Positions 12,101-25,000 of a stretch of DNA of 64,000 nucleotides are shown here, one piece after another; positions within the stretch are counted from its first letter, which is position 1, and each line of letters begins with the position of its first letter. The position numbers were made by a program, and so were the translations under genes. The DNA comes from Azolla caroliniana. Lineage: Eukaryota > Plantae > Polypodiophyta. Under the pieces are notes generated by a model. It saw only the letters and a list, made by a program, of their open reading frames with translations, did not search any database and had not been told where the DNA came from. The stretch is taken from NCBI GenBank assembly GCA_043228905.1, contig JBHGNT010000007.1:16430001-16494000 (forward strand). Reading direction: 5' to 3'.

Positions 12101-15100
12101 ATGAAGGATTCAAACTTCTGGTACCAATGTCGGGGAGCCTGCTTCAGTCCATAAAGGCTTTTTCCTTTTTTGACAAATCCTTCTGGGTACTACATGTATA
12201 TCTCCTCTTCAAGATCACCATGCATAAACGTCGTCTTGACATCCAATTGTTCTACTTTGAGGTTCATGCTAGCTGCTATGCTCAACAACATTCGGATGCA
12301 TGTCATCTTCACTACTAAGGAAAATATTTCGTCGAAATCGACACCCTTCTTCTGCTAAAAGCCCTTTACAACAATTCATGCTTTGCATCTAGGTGGATTC
12401 CTGCCATCTCCCAGCTTCAATTTGTATACCCACTTGTTTCGGAGTGCCCTCTTTCCTTTCAGCAACTTGGTCAATTCGGATGTGTGGTTCTCATGCAAGG
12501 AATCCATCTCCTCTTGCATGGCTCGTAACCACTATCAGATGTTGATATCATTCTTTCCTTGAAGCTCTCTATCTCGCCCTCGTCGGTTAGCAACACATAT
12601 TGTCATAAACATCGACTCGAATGTGAACCTTAGGCCCTTGTATATATATATTTCTCCTAGACAAACTTTAGACTTCAAATCTTTGCATAAAGAGTGGTAT
12701 GTAAGGCTCAATATGTAGGACCTGGTATGTAAGACCCAATATGTAAGACTCAATATGTAAGACTTGGCATGCAAGAATTAGTATGCTTGATATTACAGTA
12801 TGTAAGACTTGGCATGAGCATGCTTTCATGCATCACTACATGTATAAAAAGGGTTGATCTCCCTTGTTAACATCAAGGAGATGAACTACTCATGGAATAG
12901 ATACTTTTACTCATCGTCATCAACTTCTGGATCTCCCTATCTCATCAACTTCCCCATATCTTTATCTCCAATTGTTCATCCGTAACAGATTGATCTCCTT
13001 CCTTCTTTCCGTCTTTTCTTCTTTCTCAATACACTATTATGTCAGAATCATCTAGTAATCTTGAGCAAATTTTGACGGTCGTGCAACAACTCCAACATGA
13101 GAATGCGAACTTGCGAAACTTTGTTCAAGAACTTCAGGTAGCCACAACGGTTATACCTCACCCGATTGTTGACCCTTATGTTGTAGAACCCAATGTCAGC
13201 TTGCCAGAAAAATTCGATGGAACAAGGTCACGACTAAGAGGTTTCATCAACCAAATCCGCCTTATTATTCGTCTTCAACCCCGATGCTATTCTGATGACT
13301 TTCGACAAGTTGGGCTCATCGACACGTTGCTGACAGGACAAGCACAAGCTTGGTTTGCCCCTCTAGTGGAGACATCTTCGCCTCTCTTGAATGACTTCCA
13401 AGCATTTCTTACCGAATTTGAGGCAACTTTTGAGGCATTTCTCAACAAACTATATATATGTGTTACAACAAGGAGATCGTGCGGCATCAATCTATGCATC
13501 CGAATTTCGTCAACTCGTGTGCGATGTCTAGTGGGACGGACAAGCCCTCCTCGATCAATTCCGCCGAGGATTACGAGGTGAGATAAAAAAATCTTTTACT
13601 TAACTTTCCTGAGCCCACATCTTTGAATGAGGCTATTTCCCAAGCTATGCGCTGCGATAACTGTCTCTTTGAGTTCTGGCAAGAGGAATGTCCTCACCAG
13701 ATCCATCAACCTTGGCCAGCCGCTACACAAAGTCACCTACCATGGTTGACGACCCTGCCTCCCATGTGATCCTCCACTTCATCTTCAACTCTGCCCCAGA
13801 TTCTAGGTCGCCAATGGAGATCGATTGATTGAATTCGTTACCGACCATTGACTAACGTGCAACGACAACATCGACGAGCCAATAATTTATGTCTCTATTG
13901 TGGCAGCCCTGACCATTTGATTCGCTCTTGCCCAAGAAAGGGACCCCATCAAACACCACATCGTGTGGACGGGGTTGGCATTTTCTGCAAACAGGAAAAC
14001 TCCAATGTCTAGTTGCAGTAGGGGTTGTGCATCGAAACCACAAGAGTCGACAATTATGTCAAGGGCCTAATCAATTGACTTCCTCAACAACAAGCTTCAC
14101 ACTTCCGATCACTCTTCAGTGTGGCTCTACCACTCTAAAGACAAAAGCTTTGTTGGATTCTGGGGCTACGTCGTGCTTTATTAACATCATGTTTGCATGG
14201 AAACACAACATTCCAAGCAACAAAATAACCGTCCCGATTCCAGTTGAAGTGATCGACGGTCGAATGCTCTTTTCTGGTGCCATCACAAATACAACAATTC
14301 CCTTGGGTCTCCACATAGGAGCCCACCAGGAAGAAATCACTTTTAACCTCATCACATCACCTCGACATCCTATCATCTTGGGGTTATCATGGCTCGAGAC
14401 TCACAATCTAGTCGTGGATTGGCGATCTCGCTCCATCAACTTCACCTCAAATTTTCACTCACAAGGGATTACGTCCATCCTTCTTCGAGCCAATGCTCCG
14501 CCATTTGTTTGGCCGCCTACTCCGGTGAGGACCGTCTCAACGGTTGCTCCCACTCATGTTTCGGGGACAACTCCCATTTTTGCTCCAGTGAGAACCACAT
14601 CAATGGTTGCTCCAATTCCAGTTTTTGCTCCAGTGAGGACCACATCAATGGTTGCTCCCACTCATGTTTCTGCTCCGGTGAGGACTAGGTTATCAGTCGC
14701 TCCCATTTCCTCTTCAACGAGAACCATGTCAGCGATTGCTCCAATAGAAACAACATCGATAGTTAGTTTCGTGTCGGCCTTGAAAAGAGTTCCAACTCTT
14801 GCTCGGGTAAGCGATACAATGTTTATTGTATCCATTTCTAATTCTAAGGACATGGCAGTCATGTCCACTCCAGTTACTACTCTATGTACTAGCTCTTTTC
14901 CATCAAAATACAATGATTTCTCTGATGTACTTGAGAAGAAAAATGTTGATCGCCTGCCTGAACATCGTCCATATGATTGTCCAATTGACTTGAAAGATGG
15001 TGCTTGTCCTCCATTTGGCCCTATCTATGGGTTATCTGAACCTGAACTCAAGACCCTCAAAATATACATTGAAGAGAATCTCGCAAAGGGATTCATTCCC

Positions 15101-17311
15101 CACTCAAAATCTCCAGCTGGCTCTCCTATTCTATTTGTCAAAAAGAAAGATGGAACATTACGCCTATGTATCGACTATCGCGGGCTTAATCGAGTCACGG
15201 TTTGAAACCGCTATCCACTACCTCTAATCCCCGAACTCCTCGACCGACTTCGGGTTGGGCGTATATTCTCCAAAATCAATCTCAAAGGTGCCTATAACTT
15301 GGTGCGTATCAAGCCTGGAGATGAGTGGAAAACGACATTTCGAACCAGGTATGGGCATTTTGAATACATGGTAATGCCATTTGGTCTCACAAATGCTCCT
15401 ACCGTTTTCTAGCATATGATGAATGACATCTTCCGAGAATATCTAGACCAATTTGTGGTCATCTATCTCGACGGCATACTTAGCTTCTCACAGGACTACA
15501 TAGACCACACCAAGCATGTTCGACTTATCTTGTCCAAGCTTCGGGAACATGGACTTTATGTGAAACCCAAGAAGTGTGAGTTTGATCAAACCTTAGTTGA
15601 ATTCCTCAGGTATGTCAATTCGTTTGATGGTCTCACTATGGACGAGAAGAAAGTCGAAACGGTTCAAGAGTGGGAAGTCCCCAACAGGGTCAAGGATGTG
15701 CAATCATTTTTGGGTTTTTCCAACTTCTATCGTCGATTCATTCAAGGATTCTCTACATTAGCAACCACTTATAGCACTCACTCGGAAGGATTCCCCTTTT
15801 TGCTGGACTCCTACAACCCAACTAGCATTCGAGACATTAAAGAAAGCTTTTACCTTGGCTCTGATACTTCTACACCTAGATCTGACCAAACCATTTACAA
15901 TCGAAACTAATGCCTCTAACTTCGCCATCGGTGCCATTCTCTCGCAATCAAATAACAATGGGATTCTTCATCCTGTTGCCTTTTATTCTCGGAAGTTCAC
16001 ACCTCCCGAGATCAACTACCCAGTTTATGAGAAAGAACTCTCTGCCATTATTGCAGCCTTTGAAGAATGGCGTCCTTACTTAGCAGGGACCCAACACCGT
16101 GTCTAGGTGGTGACCGATCACAGGAACCTCGTCTACTTCACCATTACTCGCATTTTGAACCGGAGGCAAGCACGATGGTCGACCTTCTTAGCTGACTATG
16201 ACTTTGAAATTGTTTTTCGTCCCGGTGCCCAACATGGTAAAGCCGATGCCTTATCTTTGCGTTCGGAATTCAAAATCCGACCATGAGATGAGACTTATAA
16301 TCAACAATCACGTTGTCTCCTACAATTAATGTTTCAAGATGGTTTCCTTTTCCGGAACAACTTAATGTATGTCCAAGATGGTCCTTGTCGTATCCGTATC
16401 ATGAAGGAATGCCATGATGACGCCTTAGTTGGACATTTTGGCGTTGCAAAACTTTGGAGTTAATCTCTAGAAGTTATTGGTGGCCGCAACCTCGGAAACT
16501 TGTTAAACAATTTGTGAAAACATGTGATACATGTGCCTGCGCCAAAGCAGTACATCATCGTCCCTACGGTCTACTTCAACCTTTGCCAATTCCAAGTAGG
16601 CCATGGGCCTCCATCTCGACGGATTTTATCACCGACCTTCCCGACATTGAGGGATTCAATTCAGTATTGGTGGTGGTGGATAGGTTCACAAAGATGGCAC
16701 ATTTTATTCCATGTTCTAAAGCAATTTCAGGGATGGAAACTGTCATGAAGACAACATTTTGGTTATCAAGAATCGAACCCACGACTTCTTGGTCTATGTG
16801 TTGAACCCTTAACCATTGTAATAACATATATGTTGTGTGATTATAATAATTATGTTTCTAGTTATTACAAGATATTAGAATATTCTAGAACATTCTAGAA
16901 CATTCTAGATTATTCTAGAACATCCTTTAATATTTCATGATTATATTTCTTATCATAAAATCTAAAATATTCTAGAACATTCTAGATTACTCCATAAGGA
17001 CCTATAAATAATTGTCTATACATTCGTTTCAACTCATTCGGTTCAACACCAGTCTTTAGCCCTTAGCCTACTCATTGTAATCTTGTTTCATCATAATATA
17101 ATCTCATTTCTATTTCAAGTCTTATCTCTCTCACACTCTCTCTCACACACTCTCTCTCTCTCACGCACACACACACACACCCTCTCTCTTTCGCTCTCAC
17201 TCTATCTTCTACCCACGAGTCTCGACAGTTTGAACCGAATATTTCTGTTTCCTTTTCCAATAATCCTAGCAAGCTTTCTTCTTTTCCCTTCTTTCTTTTT
17301 CTCCCTCAGTT

Positions 17312-18440
17312 ATGGAATCCGTCAGCAAGCAAGAGTATATGCGTGTCCTTTCTGAGCTCAACATGCTCACGACTAAGTTTGTGGCATTAGAGCAAGAAAA
17401 TCATAGGCTACTTGAGGATTTACAACAAGTGAGTACCGAGAAAGCTCATCAATATGAGGAGTTATCACAACGGGTTCATCAACTCGAGGCTACTATATTA
17501 ACATTACGAGAACAAGCGGCGGGGTTTCAAAACTCCCCAAGGGAACCAAAGATTAGCCTCCCTGCCAAGTTTGATGGTACCCGATCTTTGTTTCGAGGTT
17601 TCCTGAATCAAGTCCGTTTGGTGATTCAGTTACATCCCAATCGGTACCCAACTGATGCTGCTCGTGTGGGATTAATAGGAACCTTGCTAAGCGGTACTGC
17701 ATTAGCATGGTTTGCACCACTTCTAGAGAAGAAATCACCATTGTTGGAGGATTTCGAGGCATTCATTAAAGAGTTTGAAGCTAGTTTTGGAGACACCAAT
17801 AGCACTAGAACGGTAATAAACAAGATTCAAAGACTCCGACAAGGAGATCGTCCCGCTTCAGCCTACGTAGCAGATTTCCGTCTCTTGGCATGTGACATCC
17901 CTTGGGATGAGATAGCCTTAATGGATCAATTTCATCAGGGTTTGCGTAACGATGTTAAAGATCTTCTTCTTACTTTCCACGAAGATCCAAAGTCTCTTAC
18001 AGAGGCCATTAGTCGAGCTGTGCGATGTGATAATCGCCTATTTGAGCGACGCTCTGAACGTCAACAAATGATACGCCGTCAACCGGAACAGACGTATGCT
18101 TCAATAGTCGCAACACCGCCACAAGTTCCCAGACCCGTTACGACGAATGGTCCCACTCCGATGGAAATAGAGTCAACACAACGTCGAGGGCCTTTATTAG
18201 ATGCTGAGAAACAACGACGTCGGGCGCATCGCCTATGCCTCTATTGTGGTGGTCCAGGACATAATTGCTGTGAATTGTCCACATAAACCCAGACGACAAG
18301 TTTACCAAGTAAGTGCACATGACAACCCTACCATGAGTTCTACTATCACTTCTAATAATTTAACTACTAAGCCTAATAACCCATGCCATGAGAATAGATT
18401 TGTTGTCTTGAGCCAATTAGAGGATGTGTTAAACGAATAA
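17312..18440 (+). pseudogene. gag of chromovirus B (1-bp insertion in the zinc knuckle)
   Basis: PAKFDG, ALAWF, LRQG, PTPMEI. CLYCGGPGH continues as IAVNCP in the next frame to the stop at 18440. Confidence 0.9.
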
Positions 18441-21400
18441 GTCCGGCCAAAATAGGAGCCATTTGGTTGGACCATCCTAGATATGTAGAGTCTGTACCTA
18501 GTTGTGGTTTCATTTCATCAAATCAAGTTAGTAGAGTTTTTTCTGCACAAGTCGAGCTTAGCACATCTACAGGTCATCGAGTCCTAGCCTCTGTCCTCCT
18601 AGATTCTGGAGCCAATTCTTGTTTCATGGATCGTGAGTTTGCATTGACCCAAAACATCAACTTGAACAAGCTCCCAAACCCAGTAGTTGTAGGAGTCATT
18701 GATGGTCGCCCTATAGCATCAGGTGATATAGTCGAAGAGTCTGAATCAATTCGTGTAGTCCTAGGTAATTTGGCTAGTATCATCTCATTCAACATCATTA
18801 GTAGTCCAGAGCACTCTCTAGTTCTTGGTCTTCCTTGGTTTGAGTTACATAACCCAACTATTGATTGGAGAAAAAGAACTATTGAAGAGGTCATAATACA
18901 ATCCGAGTCTCTTGAAACTCCAACAAAGGATCTAGGATCCCACATGATTTCAACAATCTCCATACATCAGTTACGAGAGGATGGAAGGAAGGAAGACATG
19001 ATGGTGTTTGCGGTTTTAGCAACTCCCTCATCTACCTCACAAGAATTGGGGGTTCAATTACCAAAGAAGTACATAGAATTCTCCGATGTGTTCGATAAGG
19101 TGAAGGCTAATAGATTACCAGAGCATCGACCCTATGATTGCCCAATTGATTTGCAGCCAGGAAAAGAGCCTCCATGGGGGCCAATTTATAACCTTTCGCC
19201 CACGGAGTTAGAGGTTCTTCAAGAATATATAGATGAGAACCTGGCAAATGGTTTTATCCAACATTCAAGATCTCCTACTGGTGCACCCATCTTTTTCGTT
19301 AAGACGAAAGATGGTACGCTTCGTATGGTCGTGGATTATCGGGGCTTGAATAAAGTAACTATTAGAAACCGATATGCTCTACCATTGATCTCAAGCCTTC
19401 TAGAACGCCTCAGTGGAGCCAAGTTTTTCACGAAGTTAGATCTTCGAGGTGCCTACAACCTTGTTCGAATTCGTCCTGGGGATGAATGGAAGACCGCATT
19501 CCACACTCGCTATGGTCATTTTGAATATACAGTGATGCCATTTGGTCTCATGAATGCACCAACAGTTTTCCAACATATGGCGAATGACATTTTTCGAGAC
19601 TTCCTCGATATCTTCATCATAGTTTACTTGGATGATATCTTGATCTACTAAAAAACTCAAGAGGAGCATGAGATACACGTTCGCCAAGTTTTGCAACGGT
19701 TACGAGAGTATGGTCTCTATACAAAATTGGAGAAGTGTAGTTTCGACCAGTGTCAAGTGGAATTTTTGGGGTACATAGTCTCTTCAAATGGCATCTCTAT
19801 GGATCCATCAAAGGTTCAAACAATTTTGGATTGGCAAACACCACAATCTGTCCGAGATGTACAATGTTTTTTGGGGTTCGCAAACTTTTATCGCAAGTTC
19901 ATCAAAGATTATTCAAAGATTGTATTGCCCCTCACTCAACTAACGCGCAAGAATCAACCATTTGTATGGGGTATAGATGCGAACTCTGCATTTGAGGGTT
20001 TAAAGCAAGCGTTTACATCTGCACCAATTTTAATGCATGTCGATCCAATGAGGCGCTTTATACTTGAAGCTGATGCATCTGATTTCGCACTTGGAAGCGT
20101 ACTATCCCAGATTGGTGAAGATGGTGAACTGCACCCTGTGGCTTTTCACTCACGGAAATTTGAAGCCGCAGAAATCAACTATGAGATTCATGACAAAGAG
20201 CTTCTTGCCATTGTGGATTCTTTTCAACAATGGCGTCATTTTTAGGAGGGCTCTTCTCAACAGATTATTGTCTTCAATGATCACAAAAATCTAACATACT
20301 TCCAAAGTGCTCGAGTCTTGAATCGTCGACAAGCTCGTTGGGCGCAGTTCTTAACTCGTTTTGATTTTGTCATTCTATATCGCCCTGGGATGCAACAAGG
20401 AAAAGCAGATGCCTTATCTCGACGTTCGTATATGGAACTTCAACCAAGAGAGGCCGCATTTGAAAGTCAAAAGCAAATCCTCTTAGGTCCTGATCGTCTA
20501 CGAGTAATGGCAATACATACTATCAACACACCAGGAGATTCGAGGCTTCTTGATTCCATTCGGGAGCAAATTGCGATAGATGGATTCGCCCAAGAGGTTT
20601 TGAGTCATATTATCCCAGATCGTGCTTCCAGCACTCAATCTAAAAATCCTCATCTAGACTACACCCAGTTCAATTGGCATGATGATTTGCTTTTTCGACA
20701 AACTCTCTTCTATGTGCCTGACGATCCTTCTCGACTCAAAGTCGTGCAACAATGTCATGACACGCCAATGGCTGGACATTTCGGCATCCACAAGTATTTT
20801 GAGTTGATTTCTCGCCGATATTGGTGGCCACGGCTTCGCCATTTTGTTACGGATTATGTTCGTAGTTATGATACATGTTGCCGATCAAAAAAGCCTCGAC
20901 ATCATCCATATGGCCTATTACAGCCAATGCCTATTCCGGAGAGCCCATGGAAATCTATTTCCTTGGACTTTATTACGGATCTTCCACCTTCCAAGGGATT
21001 TGATTCTATTCTCACGGTAGTCGATCGTTTTACGAAGATGGCGCATTTCCTTCCATGCACGAAGACCATTACTAGTCAAGAGACAACCGATTTACTCATG
21101 CGGGAAGTGTTTCGCCATCATGATCTTCCGGATGATATTATCAGTGATCGGGGTCCCCAATTCATCTCGAAATTTTGGCGGCACATGTTCAAACTCTTAC
21201 ATACTTCTTGTAAACTCTCTTCCGGCTACCATCCAGAGACTAATGGGCAGAGTGAGCGCACCAACCAAACAGTCGAACAATATCTACGTTGTTTTGTCAA
21301 CTATCAACAAGATGATTGGGTGGATTTATTACATTTGGCGGAATTTGCTTACAACAACTCCGAACATTCTTCTACTGGCTATTCCCCATTTTTTGCTAAC

Positions 21401-22063
21401 ATTGGGTACCATCCTCGTTGGACGATGCTTGAACATCCCGAACTCCCGAAAAACCCGGCTGCTGAAGATCGGCTCACTCGACTCCAAGAAATTCAAGATA
21501 TACTTTTGCATCATTTATGTGATGCCCAAAACACTTAAAAGAAGATTGTTGATCGTCATCGGCGTGATTCATCGACTACGTTTCAAGTAGGAGATCGTGT
21601 ATGGCTCTTACAAGGTAGTATTAAAACCATTCGACCTTGTTACAAATTGGATTATCAACGTCTCGGCCCATATGTGATCTCTGGTAAGATCAATGATGTG
21701 ACATTTCGTCTTGATCTCCCTCCTCATATGCGTCTTCACCCGGTCTTCCATGTTTCACTTTTGGAGCCCTACACAACAAGCTCTATTCCGGGTCGTCTTA
21801 CACCTCCCCCACCTCCAATCGAAGTTTCCAATGGCTCTGAATATGAGGTTGCTGCTATTCTTGACTCCAAGATCATCCACAACAAACTATATTATTTGGT
21901 TGATTGGTTAGGTTATACACCTAATGATCGAACATGGGAGCTTGCCGAGCATCTTGCTAATGCCTCCGACATGGTTGTTGCATTTCACGACAAATATCCC
22001 CATAAACCAAGTCCGAACTCTTGTCTTCCGACTCGTGGAACTCGTCATCGAAAGGGGGGATAA
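18431..22063 (+). pseudogene. pol of chromovirus B (PR-RT-RH-IN-chromodomain) with a few in-frame stops
   Basis: LLDSGA, YLDD, ADASD, GHFG, SLDF, SDRGPQF, chromodomain YEV..YYLVDWLGY..TWE. Stops near 19651, 20245 and 21538. Confidence 0.92.
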
Positions 22064-25000
22064 TGTCATAAAGACAACATTTTGGTTATCAAGAATCGAA
22101 CCCACGACTTCTTGGTCTATGTGTTGAACCCTTAACCACTGTAATAACATATATGTTGTGTGATTATAATAATTATGTTTCTAGTTATTACAAGATATTA
22201 GAATATTCTAGAACATTCTAGAACATTCTAGATTATTCTAGAACATTCTTTAATATTTCATGATTATATTTCTTATCATAAAATCTAAAATATATTAGAA
22301 CATTCTAGATTACTCCATAAGGACCTATAAATAATTGTCTATACATTCGGATCAACACCAGTCTTTAGCCCTTAGCCTACTCATTGTAATCTTGTTTCAT
22401 CATAATATAATCTCATTTCTATTTCAAGTCTTATCTCTCTCACACACTCTCTCTCACTCTATCTCTCTCACTCTCTCTCTCTCACTCTCTCTCTCTCACT
22501 CTCTCTCTCTCTCTCACGCACACACACACACACCCTCTCTCTTTCGCTCTCACTCTATCTTCTACCCACGAGTCTCGACAGAAACAACAGATCTATTGTT
22601 AACAAATATTGTGTGCCTTCATGGTTTACCGGATGACATTATCTCTAATCATGGTCCCCAATTTATGTCTCATTTCTGGAAGTGGCTCTTCTAGACTCTT
22701 GGAACTTCCACAAAATTTTCGATAGCCTTCCATCCTGAGACAGACGGCCAAACGGAATGAGTAAATCAAATCCTAGAGCAATATCTCCGATGTATGATAA
22801 GTTATCAACAAGATGATTGGATCAAATTTCTTCCAATGGCTGAGTTCACCTACAACAATACTCTCCACACATCAACTAGCGTAACACCCTTCTTTGCAAG
22901 TTATGGGTTCCACCCACGCTTTAGCATAGTTATCCCTGTTGGTTCTGTGAATCCATCTGCTAAAGAACAAGCGCATCTGATGAAAGGAGTGCATCATGAG
23001 CTATCCCTAGAACTCTCCATTGCTCAGGAACGACACAAAGAGAAGGTTGATCAACATCGACGGGTTGCGCCTAGTTTTAATGTCAGTGACATGGTTTGGC
23101 TATTACATCGGCATATTCCGACAACGCGCCCATGCAACAAACTTGATTACAAAAAGTTGGGTCCATTCCACATCATTGATAAAGTCAACCATGTGGCTTT
23201 CTATCTTGCTCTTCCATCACACTACCGAATTCACAATGTCTTCCATGCATCACTTCTTGAGCTATATCATCCATCCTCAATTCAAGGAAGAAGCATCGAG
23301 CCATCTCCCCTTGTGGCTGTGGCAACCGGGGATGAGTATGGAGTCAAGACCATTCTAGAATTGCGGAAGAGCCGATGAAAGCTCCAATATCTTGTATTAT
23401 GGAAAGGATATCCCATCTCTGAGGCTACATGGGAGCCCGCTAGAAATTTACTAAATGCCCCGGAAGTGGTTCATGATTTTGATCTTCGATATCCTTACAA
23501 ACCCACACCTTCTTGAAGTTAGCACTTAAGGGGAGGATAATGTCATAAACATCAACTCAAATGTGAACCTTAGGCCCTTGTATATATATATATTTCTCCT
23601 AGACAAACTTTAGACTTCAAACCTTTGTATAAAGAGTGGTATGTAAGACTCAATATGTAAGACTCAACATGTAAAACCCAACATGTAAGACTTGGCATGC
23701 AAGAATTAGTATGTTTGATATTATAGCATGTAAGACTTGGCATGAGCATGCTTATCATGCATCACTACATGTATAAAAAGGGTTGATCTCCCTTGTTAAC
23801 ATCAAGGAGATCAACACTAGTCATGGAATAGATACTTTTACTCATTGTCATCAACTTCTTGATCTCCCTATCTCATCAACTTCCCCATCTCTTTATCTCC
23901 AATTGTTCATCTGTGCCACATACTCGTCGGATCCGACTCCAACTCCCGACTGGTTTCCGACCGACTCGACTCTTGACTGGTCTCCGACTGACCAGACTCC
24001 TTGTCTGAATTCAATTGGCTCTCCATGTTCTTCAATCGACTTTCGACTCTTCGGGAGGATGTATCTGACTTCTCTTTCTCTCAGTTGACGATAGTCTTCT
24101 CTTCCATGAAGATTATGCCTCGGCTCCAAATGACCTTCTTGTCAGCCAAGTCCCACAATCGATAGCCGAATTCGTCATCACCGTATCTGAGAAATATACA
24201 TGGTCGAGTCTTCGAATCGAGTTTTCCCCTCTAGTCCTTTGCTACATGCATGTAGGAAAGATAGTCAAACACCCTCCAATGTCGGTAGGAGACATCTTTG
24301 CAGGTCCACATTATTCGTGGAATATCTCCATCCAAGGGCGTCGAGGGTGATATGTTTATCACATACACTGCCATCATCAATGCCTCAGCCCAAAACGCCT
24401 TCGAGAACTTGGCATGTGCTAACGTACTTCGGACCATTGAGCTCATCCATGATGGTCAGGTTCATCCTCTCGATCAGCCCATTGAGCTCTGGCATCTTCG
24501 GCTTGGTGTACTCGAGTAGGACTCCCTTCGCTCGGCAGTATTCTTCGAACGGTCCTAGGTATTCTCCTCCGTTATCTCCTCGGATTGCTTTCAATTTCCG
24601 GCTGGTCTCCCTCTCGGCTCTTGCTTGGAACTCGTTGAAGACTGACAACACCTGGTCCTTGGTCTTCAATACGGACGCCCACAACTTCTGACTATAGTCA
24701 TCAATGAAGGTCACAAAATATTGTGAATTGGCATGTGACTTAGTGTCTACATAGCATATGTTGATATGCACAAGTTCCAGCGGCATTCTCTTCTTTGTCG
24801 GGGGCCTAATTCGGATGGAGGTTTTGTTCTACTTGCCGGCCAAGCAATCGGTGCACTTCTCAAGTTGCATGTTCTTCACCTCCAGAATGAGGTTATCATC
24901 GGCAAGTCTCTGCATCCCCTTCTCGCTCATGTGACACAATCTCCTGTGCCACAGCTCATCGACTGTGTCGACTACCACATTCACTTCTTCTCGGAATATT

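Larger units (their letters stand above)
16741..22580 (+). mobile_element. Gypsy chromovirus B (Tcn1/Tf1-like), young, nested in the integrase of A
   Basis: LTRs 16741-17227 and 22064-22580, nearly identical; perfect TSD GAAAC; PPT AAAGGGGGGA at 22051-22060. Confidence 0.96.
12601..23918 (+). mobile_element. Gypsy chromovirus A (Tcn1/Tf1-like), full length, degenerate
   Basis: LTRs 12601-12987 and 23541-23918; TSD CATAT/CATAC; gag from 13039; protease LLDSGA; RT YLDG (YLDD); RNase H; integrase split by element B; chromodomain ~23330-23500; PPT AAGGGGAGGA. Confidence 0.93.

Noticed and set aside
12700-12770. 14-bp repeats in LTR A and TTCTAGAA repeats in LTR B
   Set aside because: Ordinary U3 tandem motifs within LTRs; no unique spacers, so not CRISPR.
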